Source: an uncultured Eubacteriales bacterium
GTDB lineage: Bacteria > Bacillota > Clostridia > Monoglobales > CAYZNM01
Direction: 5' to 3'
Assembly: GCA_964479875.1 (NCBI GenBank)
Contig: CAYZNM010000016.1
Location: 412 to 64,411, forward strand
Length of the DNA: 64,000 nt
A model generated the notes under the pieces. The model did no database searches and was not told where the DNA came from. It saw only the letters and a program-made list of their open reading frames with translations. A program made the translations under genes and the position numbers. Positions 36,961 through 46,200 of the stretch are shown here, one piece after another (position 1 is the stretch's first letter; every line of letters starts with the position of its first letter).

Positions 36961-37968
36961 TTACCTATTTACAAGAGTCTGTTTTATCCCTGCCGACTTT
37001 CGCACTATTAGCTCTGTTTTTAAGAAGGATACGTCGCCCTTTGTGCTGCCTTCTAACATGGAAACGAGCTTTTTCACCGAGGCTATTCCCATTATCGAGT
37101 AGGGGTTTGCGATAGTTGTAAGCGGCGGCGCGGTATATTGCGCGGCGGGAATGTTGTCGAAACCGACAACGCTTATATCAGTCGGAACCTTCATGCCGAG
37201 CGACTCCAGCGCAGATATGCAGCCATCTGCCATTTCATCGTTTGCGGCAAAGATTGCGTCCGGCACGCCGCCTGTTAATCGATTGAAATATTCCCTTATT
37301 GAATTATATGCTTGGAACTTATGGTAGTTGCATTGGAAAGCGTTGTCCATAAATGGCTGTAGGTTAAATTCGTTGAGGCATTGAAGGTAGCCGCTGTAGC
37401 GCGTGCGGTTGTCGTAGTTGTTTTGCCCGTGGATGTACAGGATTTTTTTGTGCCCCAGCTGTACAAGATGCTTGGTTGCGTCGTATGCTCCGCCTTTGTT
37501 GTCGATTACGACCGAGCCGATTTTGTCTGCGCATTCTTCCCTGTCGATAAATACCACCGGGAATTTTTTTGCGTGCAGCTTTTCGACATCGTGGCCGCTG
37601 AATCTGTCGCTTGATAAAATAGCTCCGTCCACGAATCCGTTCATCACAAGGTTTGCTACGTTTCTTTCGTCCGATGGCAGTAATTGGATTAGCACATTAT
37701 AGCCGAGGTCGATTCCTGTGTGCGATGCACTTTGCAGGAATATCGAGTAAAACTCACCTGCAAGGCTTTCAAGGTAAATTCCGATTTTCTTTTGCTTCGT
37801 CTTTTTCAAGCTCTGGCCGTGTACGTTTGGTACATACTTTAAGGCGCGTATTGCTTCATATACTTGCTCCTTCTTTTCGTCCGACACAATTTCGGGACGG
37901 TTTAGCACGTTTGATACTGTCGAAACGGCGACGCCTGCGTGCTTTGCTACATCTTTTATCGTTATCAT
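36961..37968 (-). CDS. LacI-family transcriptional regulator
   Basis: MITIKDVAKHAGVAVSTVSNVLN HTH; PDAIFAANDEMA, VP.DISVVGFDN and PPLTTI. Confidence 0.96.
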   Translation of the reverse strand: MITIKDVAKHAGVAVSTVSNVLNRPEIVSDEKKEQVYEAIRALKYVPNVHGQSLKKTKQKKIGIYLESLAGEFYSIFLQSASHTGIDLGYNVLIQLLPSDERNVANLVMNGFVDGAILSSDRFSGHDVEKLHAKKFPVVFIDREECADKIGSVVIDNKGGAYDATKHLVQLGHKKILYIHGQNNYDNRTRYSGYLQCLNEFNLQPFMDNAFQCNYHKFQAYNSIREYFNRLTGGVPDAIFAANDEMADGCISALESLGMKVPTDISVVGFDNIPAAQYTAPPLTTIANPYSIMGIASVKKLVSMLEGSTKGDVSFLKTELIVRKSAGIKQTLVNR

Positions 37969-37991
37969 CTTCTCACCTCATTCCTATCTAT

Positions 37992-38020
37992 ATTATAACG
38001 TTTTTATTGAGGCAGGTCAA
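37992..38020 (-). promoter_or_regulatory. lacI-gene promoter with overlapping operator (autoregulation)
   Basis: TTGACC (38020-38015), 17 bp, TATAAT (37997-37992); ATAACGTTTTTA at 37995-38006 overlaps the -10 and spacer. Confidence 0.75.
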
Positions 38021-38040
38021 CACTTTTTTAGTGTGCAATT

Positions 38041-38451
38041 CTATAAATTTTTTCGGGAGCGTTTATTCAAAATGCAAACCAATACACTTGCCAATGAGAA
38101 GATTGCATAGAGGATTGCTGCGTAAAAAAATACCTGCATAAGATCTTTTTCTAAATCCAATGAAAACCATCCGGGGCTTCTAATGCCTTTCGTTGTATTC
38201 AATAAGTAAAAGATTAGATACAATATCGTCATTGCTATTATGGGTTCAATCAGCAGTTTTATCCTTTTCCATTTATAGGCAATGAAAAAATATAGCACAT
38301 GGATGATGAAAATTTCAAAAGCAAACAGGAGGTTACCCGAACTGCTAACACCTGCGAAATAAACAATAAGATTCAATAAAGCCGCTAAATAGATGGTTAT
38401 CCATTCGGTTAGCGATAATATGATGACTGCAAGGACACTAATCTTCTTCAT
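38041..38451 (-). CDS. Hypothetical small membrane protein, AT-rich
   Basis: 136 aa, about 4 hydrophobic segments, visibly AT-rich. Confidence 0.65.
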   Translation of the reverse strand: MKKISVLAVIILSLTEWITIYLAALLNLIVYFAGVSSSGNLLFAFEIFIIHVLYFFIAYKWKRIKLLIEPIIAMTILYLIFYLLNTTKGIRSPGWFSLDLEKDLMQVFFYAAILYAIFSLASVLVCILNKRSRKNL

Positions 38452-38492
38452 ACTTCATGCACTCTCTCATTGGTGTATATACACAAATATAT

Positions 38493-38516
38493 GTAGGGGC
38501 GGATGTTGTCCGCCCG
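38493..38516 (+). repeat. GTAG-type REP palindrome (single)
   Basis: GTAGGGGCGGATGTTGTCCGCCCG; 22/24 identical to the copy at 5534-5557. Confidence 0.75.
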
Positions 38517-38522
38517 AGTATG

Positions 38523-38897
38523 CTATAATACTGCGATGACTTCTATTTCTACGAGTGCGCCTTTGGGTAATTGCTTTGCTGCGACGCATGAGCGTGCGGG
38601 GGCGGAGATGAAATGCTTCTCGTAGACTTTGTTGAATTCGGCGAAGTCGGCCATGTCGGCGATGAAGCATGTGGTTTTTACTACGTTGCCAAAGTCTGCG
38701 CCTGCTGCTTGCAGGACTGCGGCGACGTTTTTGCACGCGAGCTCTGTTTGTTCTGTGACTGTGCCTGCTATAAATTCGCCTGTGGTGGGGTCAATTGCGA
38801 TTTGTCCTGAGCAGTATAGGGTGTTGTCTGCTTGCACTGCTTGTGAGTATGGGCCGATGGGCTTGGGGGCGCTTTCTGTGAAAATAATCTTTTTCAT
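38523..38897 (-). CDS. ridA: RidA/YjgF/UK114 enamine/imine deaminase
   Basis: APKPIGPYSQAV, SGQIAIDP, VVKTTCF, PARSCV and LPKGALVEIE. Confidence 0.9.
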   Translation of the reverse strand: MKKIIFTESAPKPIGPYSQAVQADNTLYCSGQIAIDPTTGEFIAGTVTEQTELACKNVAAVLQAAGADFGNVVKTTCFIADMADFAEFNKVYEKHFISAPARSCVAAKQLPKGALVEIEVIAVL

Positions 38898-38902
38898 GGT
38901 TC

Positions 38903-39007
38903 GGTTTCTCCTTGGGTTTGGGGTTTGTTGCTTTTGCCTTTGTTGCTTTTGGGGGTTGTTGCTTTTTGCTTTTGCTGCCTTTTTGCCTTTGGGGTTTTTG
39001 CTTTTAT
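38903..39007. repeat. Low-complexity degenerate repeat tract between ilvA and ridA
   Basis: Minus strand is almost T-free, built from AAAAGC, AAAGGC, GCAAC and ACCCC modules. Confidence 0.6.
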
Positions 39008-39010
39008 AGC

Positions 39011-40207
39011 TTAGTTTAACAAAGTGTATCCTGCGTTTTTTAAAGCGTTCTCAATCTGTGTCAAATGCTCGTGATTGCGCGTTTCCATTGAGATGTGCAG
39101 GCAGCAGCCGATTATGTCTGTGTTCTCGCCAGCTGGATTGTGGTTTACCTTGGTTACGTTTGCGCCTAAGTCTGCGATGATAGCAGATACTTCCTTGAGC
39201 TGTCCGGGTTTGTCCAGCATTTGTATGGTGAGCTCGGTTAATCTGCCTGATTTTGTCAGGCCGCGGCTTATGACGCGCGAGAGTATGTTCACGTCGATGT
39301 TGCCGCCGGAAACTATTGCGCATACCTTTTTGCCTGCGATTGGCAGCTTGTTGAACATTACTGCGGCGACTGATACTGCGCCTGCGCCTTCGGCGACAAG
39401 CTTTTGCTGCTCCATCAATGTGAGTATCGCCGTGGCGATTTCGTCGTCGGATACCGTGACGATTTCGTCGACGTATTTGCTGCATAAGTCGTAGGTAAGC
39501 TCGCCGGGGGATTTTACCGCTATGCCGTCTGCGAAAGTGGATATGCTCTTTAAAACGCTGCGCTCTTTTTCGGCGAAGGATTTGGACATGCTTCCTGCAC
39601 CGACTGCTTGCACGCCGTAGACTTTGCAGTCGGGGTTCAGCATTTTTACGACAAACGCTACGCCGGACGCCAATCCGCCGCCGCCTATCGGGACGACTAC
39701 GGCTTCCGCTTGTGCCAATTGGTCCATTATCTCGATACCGATTGTGCCTTGCCCTGCGATTACGTCTGTGTCGTCGAATGGGTGTACGAATACTGCGCCG
39801 GTTTCTTGTTGGTATGCAACAGAGGCGGCGTATGCGTCATCGTATGCGCCGTCGACTAAGCGTATCTCCACGCCGAAGCGTCGCGTCGCTTCGATCTTGG
39901 ATATTGGCGCAATGGCAGGGAGGAATATTGTTGCGGCTATGTCATTCTTTTGCGCGGACAATGCTACGCCCTGCGCGTGATTGCCTGCCGAGCAGGCTAC
40001 TACTCCGCGCGCTCTTTCCTCCTGCGTCAATGTCGACATCTTGAAATATGAGCCGCGCACCTTGAACGAGCCTGTGATTTGTAAATTCTCCGCTTTCAAA
40101 TACAACGTGCAGTTGTCCGTTATTCCGCTCGACAATATCATGTTGGTCTTGCGCACAATAGGCTTTAGCACGTGTGAGGCTTGATAGATTCTGTCCAGTG
40201 TTAGCAT
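39011..40207 (-). CDS. ilvA: Threonine ammonia-lyase with C-terminal ACT domain
   Basis: LKAENLQITGSFKVRG (PLP Lys), SAGNHAQGVA, HPFDD..VIAGQGT, PIGGGGL, SGGNID and DKPGQL ACT motif. Confidence 0.93.
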   Translation of the reverse strand: MLTLDRIYQASHVLKPIVRKTNMILSSGITDNCTLYLKAENLQITGSFKVRGSYFKMSTLTQEERARGVVACSAGNHAQGVALSAQKNDIAATIFLPAIAPISKIEATRRFGVEIRLVDGAYDDAYAASVAYQQETGAVFVHPFDDTDVIAGQGTIGIEIMDQLAQAEAVVVPIGGGGLASGVAFVVKMLNPDCKVYGVQAVGAGSMSKSFAEKERSVLKSISTFADGIAVKSPGELTYDLCSKYVDEIVTVSDDEIATAILTLMEQQKLVAEGAGAVSVAAVMFNKLPIAGKKVCAIVSGGNIDVNILSRVISRGLTKSGRLTELTIQMLDKPGQLKEVSAIIADLGANVTKVNHNPAGENTDIIGCCLHISMETRNHEHLTQIENALKNAGYTLLN

Positions 40208-40214
40208 GATGTGG

Positions 40215-41870
40215 TTAATTCCTTAATATGGTGTTTTCAGTTACGATGTCCTTGACAGAGCCGCCGGGAGGTATCATCGGGAGTACGAATTCATCCATGC
40301 CAATTATGCAGTCGATTACTGCGGGGGTGTCGTTTAGGTTTTCGAGTATGTCGGAGAGTTCGCTCATAGATGTTGCGCGGTAGCCGTTTGCGCCGAATGA
40401 GCGTGCTAATGCAGCAAAGTCTGTTTTGCGCTCGAGCGTTGTTTGTGAGTAGCGTTTGTCGTAGAACATCGTTTGCCATTGACGAACCATGCCTAGGACG
40501 CCGTTGTTTAGCAGTACGATAACTAGCGGAAGCCGCTGCGATACTGCGGTTGCAAGCTCGTTTAGGTTCATGCCGAAGCTGCCGTCGCTAGTGAAAAGTA
40601 CAGCGCGTTTGCGTCCGCTTGCTATGCAGCCGCCTATTGCTGCGCCCATGCCGTAGCCCATTGTGCCTAGGCCGCCGGAGGTCAGCAATGTGCGCGGCTT
40701 CTCGAATTTGTAGTATTGCATCGTCCACATTTGGTGCTGCCCTACGTCGGTCGCTACGATTGCGCTGCTGCCCATTTGCGCGTTTACGAGTTCGATGATG
40801 TTTTTGGGGGTGAAGCCTTCGGCGTAGGCTACGTTTTCCTGCTGCTTGTATTTTTCGATTTCGGCGTGCCATTCTTTGTTTTCGCGCTGCGGCAGTGCTT
40901 GCAGCAGTTGCGTGAGGATTTGCTTTAGGTCGCCGTGCAAGCCGATGGATTCCACGTTTTTGCCGATTTCGGATTCGTCGATTTCGATGTGCAGGATTTT
41001 TCTGCCGCGTGCGTATTCGGTCGTGCAGCCTGTGGCTCTGTCGCTGAAGCGCACGCCCAGTGCGATTACTAGGTCTGCGTTCGCCGACGCCATGCTGGAG
41101 GCGTATTTGCCGTGCATACCGCACATTCCTAGGTTGAGCGAGTACGACGCAGGTATAGCCGAAAGCCCCATCATACTAAGCCCGATTGGTGCGTCGATGT
41201 GCTTGGAAAGTTGCAGCGCAAGTTCCTCCGCGCCTGCGTTGATTAAGCCGCCGCCTGCATATATGAAAGGCTTGCGGCTGGAATTTATAAGCTCCAAAGC
41301 TTCCGCGATGTCGTAAGTTTTTGCAGGAGCTTCGCTTTTTTGCGGTGGCATGTCGATGTACTCGCACATTTCCGCTTGAATATTTTTTGGTATGTCGATT
41401 AATACAGGGCCTTTGCGACCTTCGTTTGCAATCTCGAAGGCTTCTCGTATAGTTTCTTGCAGCTTTGTAACATCGCGTACGATGTAGTTTTTCTTCACAA
41501 TCGACTGCGTAATGCTTACGATGTCGACTTCCTGGAAACTGTCGCGCCCCAACAAATGCAGCGGCACGTTGCCTGTTATCGCAACCATAGGCACAGAGTC
41601 GAGGTATGCGTTCGCGATTCCCGTCACGAGATTAGTCGCGCCGGGGCCGCTTGTCGCGATAACCACGCCTGTTTTGCCGCTTGCGCGCGCGTAGCCGTCG
41701 GCCGCATGTGCCGCGCCTTGCTCATGCGCCGTGATAACGTGGTTAATCTTGTCTGCGTTTTTGTACAGCTCGTCGTATATGTTCAGGACAAACCCTCCGG
41801 GATACCCAAACACAACGTCCACCCCTTGATTTATCAATTCCTTAATAACTATTTGCGCTCCGTTTAACAT
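40215..41870 (-). CDS. ilvB: Acetolactate synthase large subunit
   Basis: VFGYPGG, AHEQGAAHAADGYAR, TSGPGATN, FQEVD, TDVGQHQMW, SGGLGTMGYG, ThDP motif SDGSF...NN and GMVRQWQ. Start MLNGAQ after GGAGG. Confidence 0.95.
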   Translation of the reverse strand: MLNGAQIVIKELINQGVDVVFGYPGGFVLNIYDELYKNADKINHVITAHEQGAAHAADGYARASGKTGVVIATSGPGATNLVTGIANAYLDSVPMVAITGNVPLHLLGRDSFQEVDIVSITQSIVKKNYIVRDVTKLQETIREAFEIANEGRKGPVLIDIPKNIQAEMCEYIDMPPQKSEAPAKTYDIAEALELINSSRKPFIYAGGGLINAGAEELALQLSKHIDAPIGLSMMGLSAIPASYSLNLGMCGMHGKYASSMASANADLVIALGVRFSDRATGCTTEYARGRKILHIEIDESEIGKNVESIGLHGDLKQILTQLLQALPQRENKEWHAEIEKYKQQENVAYAEGFTPKNIIELVNAQMGSSAIVATDVGQHQMWTMQYYKFEKPRTLLTSGGLGTMGYGMGAAIGGCIASGRKRAVLFTSDGSFGMNLNELATAVSQRLPLVIVLLNNGVLGMVRQWQTMFYDKRYSQTTLERKTDFAALARSFGANGYRATSMSELSDILENLNDTPAVIDCIIGMDEFVLPMIPPGGSVKDIVTENTILRN

Positions 41871-41888
41871 TATTATTCCTCCATTCGT

Positions 41889-41926
41889 AAAATGAAACAA
41901 GCCCTGCCGTATGCGGCAAGGCTTGT
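41889..41926 (-). terminator. Attenuator terminator upstream of ilvB
   Basis: Minus strand ACAAGCCTTGCCG-CATA-CGGCAGGGCTTGT then TTCATTTT. Confidence 0.85.
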
Positions 41927-41952
41927 GTTTGTACCCACAACACTATTACACC

Positions 41953-42039
41953 TCACCGACGACAACGCAAAATGACACTATTGCTAATCGCAATAATGCT
42001 AATAATGATAATCGCTATCGCTGTGAGGGTTGGTAACAT
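41953..42039 (-). CDS. Ile-rich leader peptide of the ilvB-ilvA-ridA operon (28 aa)
   Basis: Manual translation MLPTLTAIAIIIISIIAISNSVILRCRR* (9 Ile), AGGAG RBS, lying between the promoter and a terminator. Confidence 0.85.
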   Translation of the reverse strand: MLPTLTAIAIIIISIIAISNSVILRCRR

Positions 42040-42062
42040 TATGTTTACTCCTGTTTTTTATT

Positions 42063-42091
42063 ATTATACCATTGATGTTCGGGTTTGTCAA
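42063..42091 (-). promoter_or_regulatory. Consensus sigmaA promoter of ilv leader
   Basis: TTGACA (42091-42086), 17 bp, TG-N-TATAAT (42068-42063). Confidence 0.85.
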
Positions 42092-42129
42092 TCAGAAATA
42101 AATGTTTGCCGATATATTCTCTTTTGAAT

Positions 42130-43269
42130 TTAGTCAACAAAATCTTTGTATTCTTCAGTTACTACCATTGTGCCATCAACTAATTCCCCTGTAGTTATTC
42201 GTATAATATATTTGTCATCTTCATTCGGAGATGACGCCAATTTATATTCAACAAAACTGACTAGCACGAATTTATTGTCTTTATATTGATATATTTGAGA
42301 AATGTTGCCGAAACCCCCATATTTTGTAATACACTCAAGTTGCTTTTCTTCCAAATTTATTCCTAGCAATGAATAATTGCTGATTTCTATTAGTTCGGCG
42401 TTTTCTGCAAATAACCCTGCATTGTTGTCCCATAGCCAATAGTAGTGGGGGCTGTTCAAGCTTGTGCCGCCAGGGTATTTCCACAGGCTTATATCAATGA
42501 ATCCATCAAAATTCCAGTCGTCGAATGAAAGTCCGTACATTAATTTTTCCGAAGCCGGATTGTTAGTGTCCAATCCATTGATTGTTTGAATAATTGCTCC
42601 TGTATTATCGGTGATAGTGATATTATCAATTTGAGTTCGTTTAAAGTCAAAGTAATATTTTGTTTTGTTATCGAACAACTCACATGCTTTAGTATTACTG
42701 CCTGTTAGCCGAAACGTAAACTCCGGTAGTTGCTCGGATATCTTTTGTGTTGTTACAAAGTCTATGGTCACGTCAATATCCGGCGGAAGCGTGTCGCCAA
42801 AATAGTTATAGTACGATGGATGACGCTCATTTCCAACAATCTCTCCAGTCCAGCTTTCTATGCCGCCGAAATCGTAGACTTTTGTGTATCCGAGCTCGAT
42901 GAGCTTTTTGGAAGCGCGTTCGCTTCTCCTGCCTGTTCTGCAATACACTAGGATTGTTTGGTTTTTGTCTGCGATAACAATTTCGGCTTTTTCTACAATT
43001 TCATAGTCAGGTATTAGAATGGCGTTTGCAATGTGCCCGCTGTCGTATTCCTCTTGGGTGCGTACATCTAAGATGATTACATCGTCGGACATCATGTCTC
43101 GGGCTTCCTCGGGCGAAAGCTTGATGTAGTCTGCCTGATGTGGGGTTGAGGTCGCGGTGGGCGTATTGCTTGCTGCTGTTTCTTGTTGCGGCAATTTGGG
43201 TGCGGCGCAACTTGTGAGCATGGTTGCTGTTAGAAGCATCACTATGCAGATTAATTGAAGTTTCATCAT
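42130..43269 (-). CDS. Rhodanese-domain lipoprotein with uncharacterised C-terminal domain
   Basis: Lipobox LTSC; ILDVRT.EEY.SGHI..AILIP, CRTGRRS loop and VYDFGGI; AT-rich C-terminal half containing DWNFDGFIDISL. Confidence 0.8.
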   Translation of the reverse strand: MMKLQLICIVMLLTATMLTSCAAPKLPQQETAASNTPTATSTPHQADYIKLSPEEARDMMSDDVIILDVRTQEEYDSGHIANAILIPDYEIVEKAEIVIADKNQTILVYCRTGRRSERASKKLIELGYTKVYDFGGIESWTGEIVGNERHPSYYNYFGDTLPPDIDVTIDFVTTQKISEQLPEFTFRLTGSNTKACELFDNKTKYYFDFKRTQIDNITITDNTGAIIQTINGLDTNNPASEKLMYGLSFDDWNFDGFIDISLWKYPGGTSLNSPHYYWLWDNNAGLFAENAELIEISNYSLLGINLEEKQLECITKYGGFGNISQIYQYKDNKFVLVSFVEYKLASSPNEDDKYIIRITTGELVDGTMVVTEEYKDFVD

Positions 43270-46200
43270 GCGTTCGCCTCACTTAACATGCTATCGATTA
43301 TTTCGATTGCTTCGTCGAAGTCGCTCATCAATATGTGTTCGGCTATTTGGTCGATTGCGGCGGACGCGGATTGGTCGAGGTTCATCGAGCTTAGTGTGTT
43401 GATGATTTGGTGGGCGGTTACCGTGTCCATGCTGTCGAGGGATTCCCTTAGCTTGGTGAGTTCGTCGAATAGGGTGTCGCCTTCGATTGTGCCACCAGAT
43501 TTGTCGTCGGCTGCGATTACGTAGCTGATGTTTTGCAGCAGCGATGTCAGCGAATCGATGAACGCGGCATTGTTGCTTTGTATGAAGGAGGTGTCCTCGC
43601 GTTTGCCTGCGTATTCTAGGGCTTTTGCTTTGTCCGATAGGTCGCGTGCGCCTATGCTGCCCAATGCGCTTTTTAGTGCGTGAACGTGGGTCGTGTATAG
43701 TTGAATGTCGCCGCTTCGTAGGCAATCCGATAGGTCGCGAAGCTTTGCTGCTCCGTCCTTGTGGAATGTTGCCAGAATCTTTAGGTAGTTGTCGACTGTG
43801 CCGCCTGTCATTGCTACGCCGTGGCTTACGTCTACGTTTTCGATTTCAAATATTTGCTCCGCTCCCGAATTTTCTTTTGCTACGTACTTCTGCTTCTTCT
43901 CTTTCGGAATCCATTTGTCTAGTATCTCGTTCAGCTTCTTTATTTCGATTGGCTTTGCTAAAAAATCGTTGAAGCCGTTGGATAGAAACATTTCTTTCAT
44001 GCCTGATACGGCGTTCGCGGTTAGGGCGATGATTATAGCGTTTTTGCAGCTTTCCATGTCGATGGCGCGGATTGCAATTGTTGCGTCAATGCCGTTCATT
44101 TGCGGCATCATGTGGTCCATGAAAACTATGTCGTATTTGTTTTGCTTGACAAGCTCAATTGCTTCAATGCCGCTTTCGCATAGGTCGATTTGCATTTGGT
44201 AGGGGGCCATAAGTCCTTCAGCAACTTTTAGGTTGGTGCTGATGTCGTCGACGATTAGGATTTTCGCGCTGGGTGCGGTGAAGTGTATGTCGGTGTCCTC
44301 GTTGTATCCGCTGTCGCTTGTGTTGTTTAGCAGGTTCGCGATCGATACGCAGTACGCAGGCATTGCAATTGAGCGTATGTCGGGGTGTACGGTTGTTTCG
44401 CCGTAGCCTACCAATACTACAAGCTGCGCAGTTATGCCGAGATTGGTCAAGGTGTCGTTCGCTGTATCATATAGGAAGGAAGGCGTTAGCACGTAATCGT
44501 ATTGATTTTGCTTGATTGCTTCGTGATATTCCGACTGTGTGGCGACGGAGCTGCAGCGCACGTTGAGGTTTGTTAAAGTTTGGGTAAGCGATTGTGCGTA
44601 CACATTGCGCGGCTCGTATATGAGTACGTTGTGCGACTGCGGGTCTTGTACCTCTGCGAGTTGCTCCTGAGATGTGTATCCCTGCGGCAACGTTGCTGTG
44701 AATACGCTGCCTTCGCCGTAGACGCTGGAAACGGTGACGTCGCCGCCCATTGCTTTGCATAGGTTTCTGGTGATGGCAAGCCCCAGGCCTGTGCCCTCCA
44801 CGCCTTTGTTTTTGTTGATGTCGACCTGCACGAACTCGCCGAATAAGCCTGCGATATCCTCTTCCTTTATTCCGATTCCTGTGTCGATAATCTCAAAGCG
44901 GAGGTTAACGGTGTTGTCGTCTGCAATTTCGCCGCTTACGTTGAAGATGATGTGCCCTTCTTTGGTGTATTTCACGGCGTTGCTTAGCAGATTCAGCAGT
45001 ATCTGCCGCACGCGGATTTCGTCGCCGAAAAGAAGGTTCGGCAGGTTGCTGTCGATGTTTGCTGCAAACAGCAGCGGCTTATCCATTACGCGAATGCGAA
45101 TAATACTCACCACGTCGTTGATTAGCGATGTGAATATATAGTCGCTTTCGATTATCTCCATCTTGCCCGATTCTATCTTGGTCAAGTCGAGAATGTCGTT
45201 TATAATAGAAAGAAGATTTGCTCCGGCTTGCTTTATCTCGAGTATATGTTCGCGTGCGGCAGGCGGAATCTGTTCGCGCAGCACAAGCTCGCTCATGCCT
45301 ACGATTGCGTTCATCGGCGTGCGGATTTCGTGGCTCATTTTCGCCAAAAATTCGGTTTTTGCTTTGGAGTTTGCAAGGGCTTCGTCGCGCGCTATGCGTA
45401 AATTTTCCTCGGCTTGGGTAATCTCGGAAAGCATAGCTTTGAACTCGCGCAGGTCGCGGAGGTATGCTGCCAAAATGTGGCTGTTTTTGTATTTTATTTT
45501 TACAAGCGTTATTTCGACAGGAATTTGCTCGCCGTTTAGCTTTTGGTGCGTCCACTCGAAGCGTAGGTATCCTGCATTTGCTGCTTTTTGCAGAATCTCA
45601 CGCATTACTACAGGCGTAAGTCTGCCGTCGGGTAGATAAGGCGGCGACAGCTCGAGGAATCTGGTTATAAATTCCTGTCGGCTTGATAAATCGAACATTT
45701 TTACCAATGCGTCGTTGCAATCAATAAAGTTGAGGTTTACATCGAGAAGGCTGCAGCCTATCGGCGTCGAGTTAAGCATTAAGTTGGCGCGCTCTTCCAT
45801 TTCCCTCATGTCGTCTTGAGTTTGCTTGCGCGTAATTGCGCTTGCCACTAAGAAACCGCTCATTTGCAGCATGTTTTCTTCGAGGTCGGTAAATGTGACG
45901 TAGTTTTCGCAGTCGTCGATTCCGATAAAGCCCCAGTTTTCGTTGTTGATGCGTATGGGGGCGATGAGTATGGATTTAATTCCCTGCGGCTCCAGTATGC
46001 TGCGTTCGGTTTCGTGCAGGTCTGCGACAAGGCTGTTGAGGCATGTGCCGTTTTTAAGTGCTTTTAAAAAGTTCGGGAGAGTTTCGTACGGCACAAGCTC
46101 CAGCTCTTCCATGTTTTGCACGGAGCTTACTCCGTTGGTGATTTCGTACACTTGGCTGCAACAAGCAACGCCGTCCTTGGAAACGAAATCCTTCCAAACA

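Noticed and set aside
41870-42060. T-box riboswitch upstream of ilvB (GTGGGTAC resembles part of the T-box core)
   Set aside because: No full GGTGGTACCGCG box and no recognisable Stem I or specifier loop. The leader is short and fully explained by the Ile-rich ORF, antiterminator and terminator.
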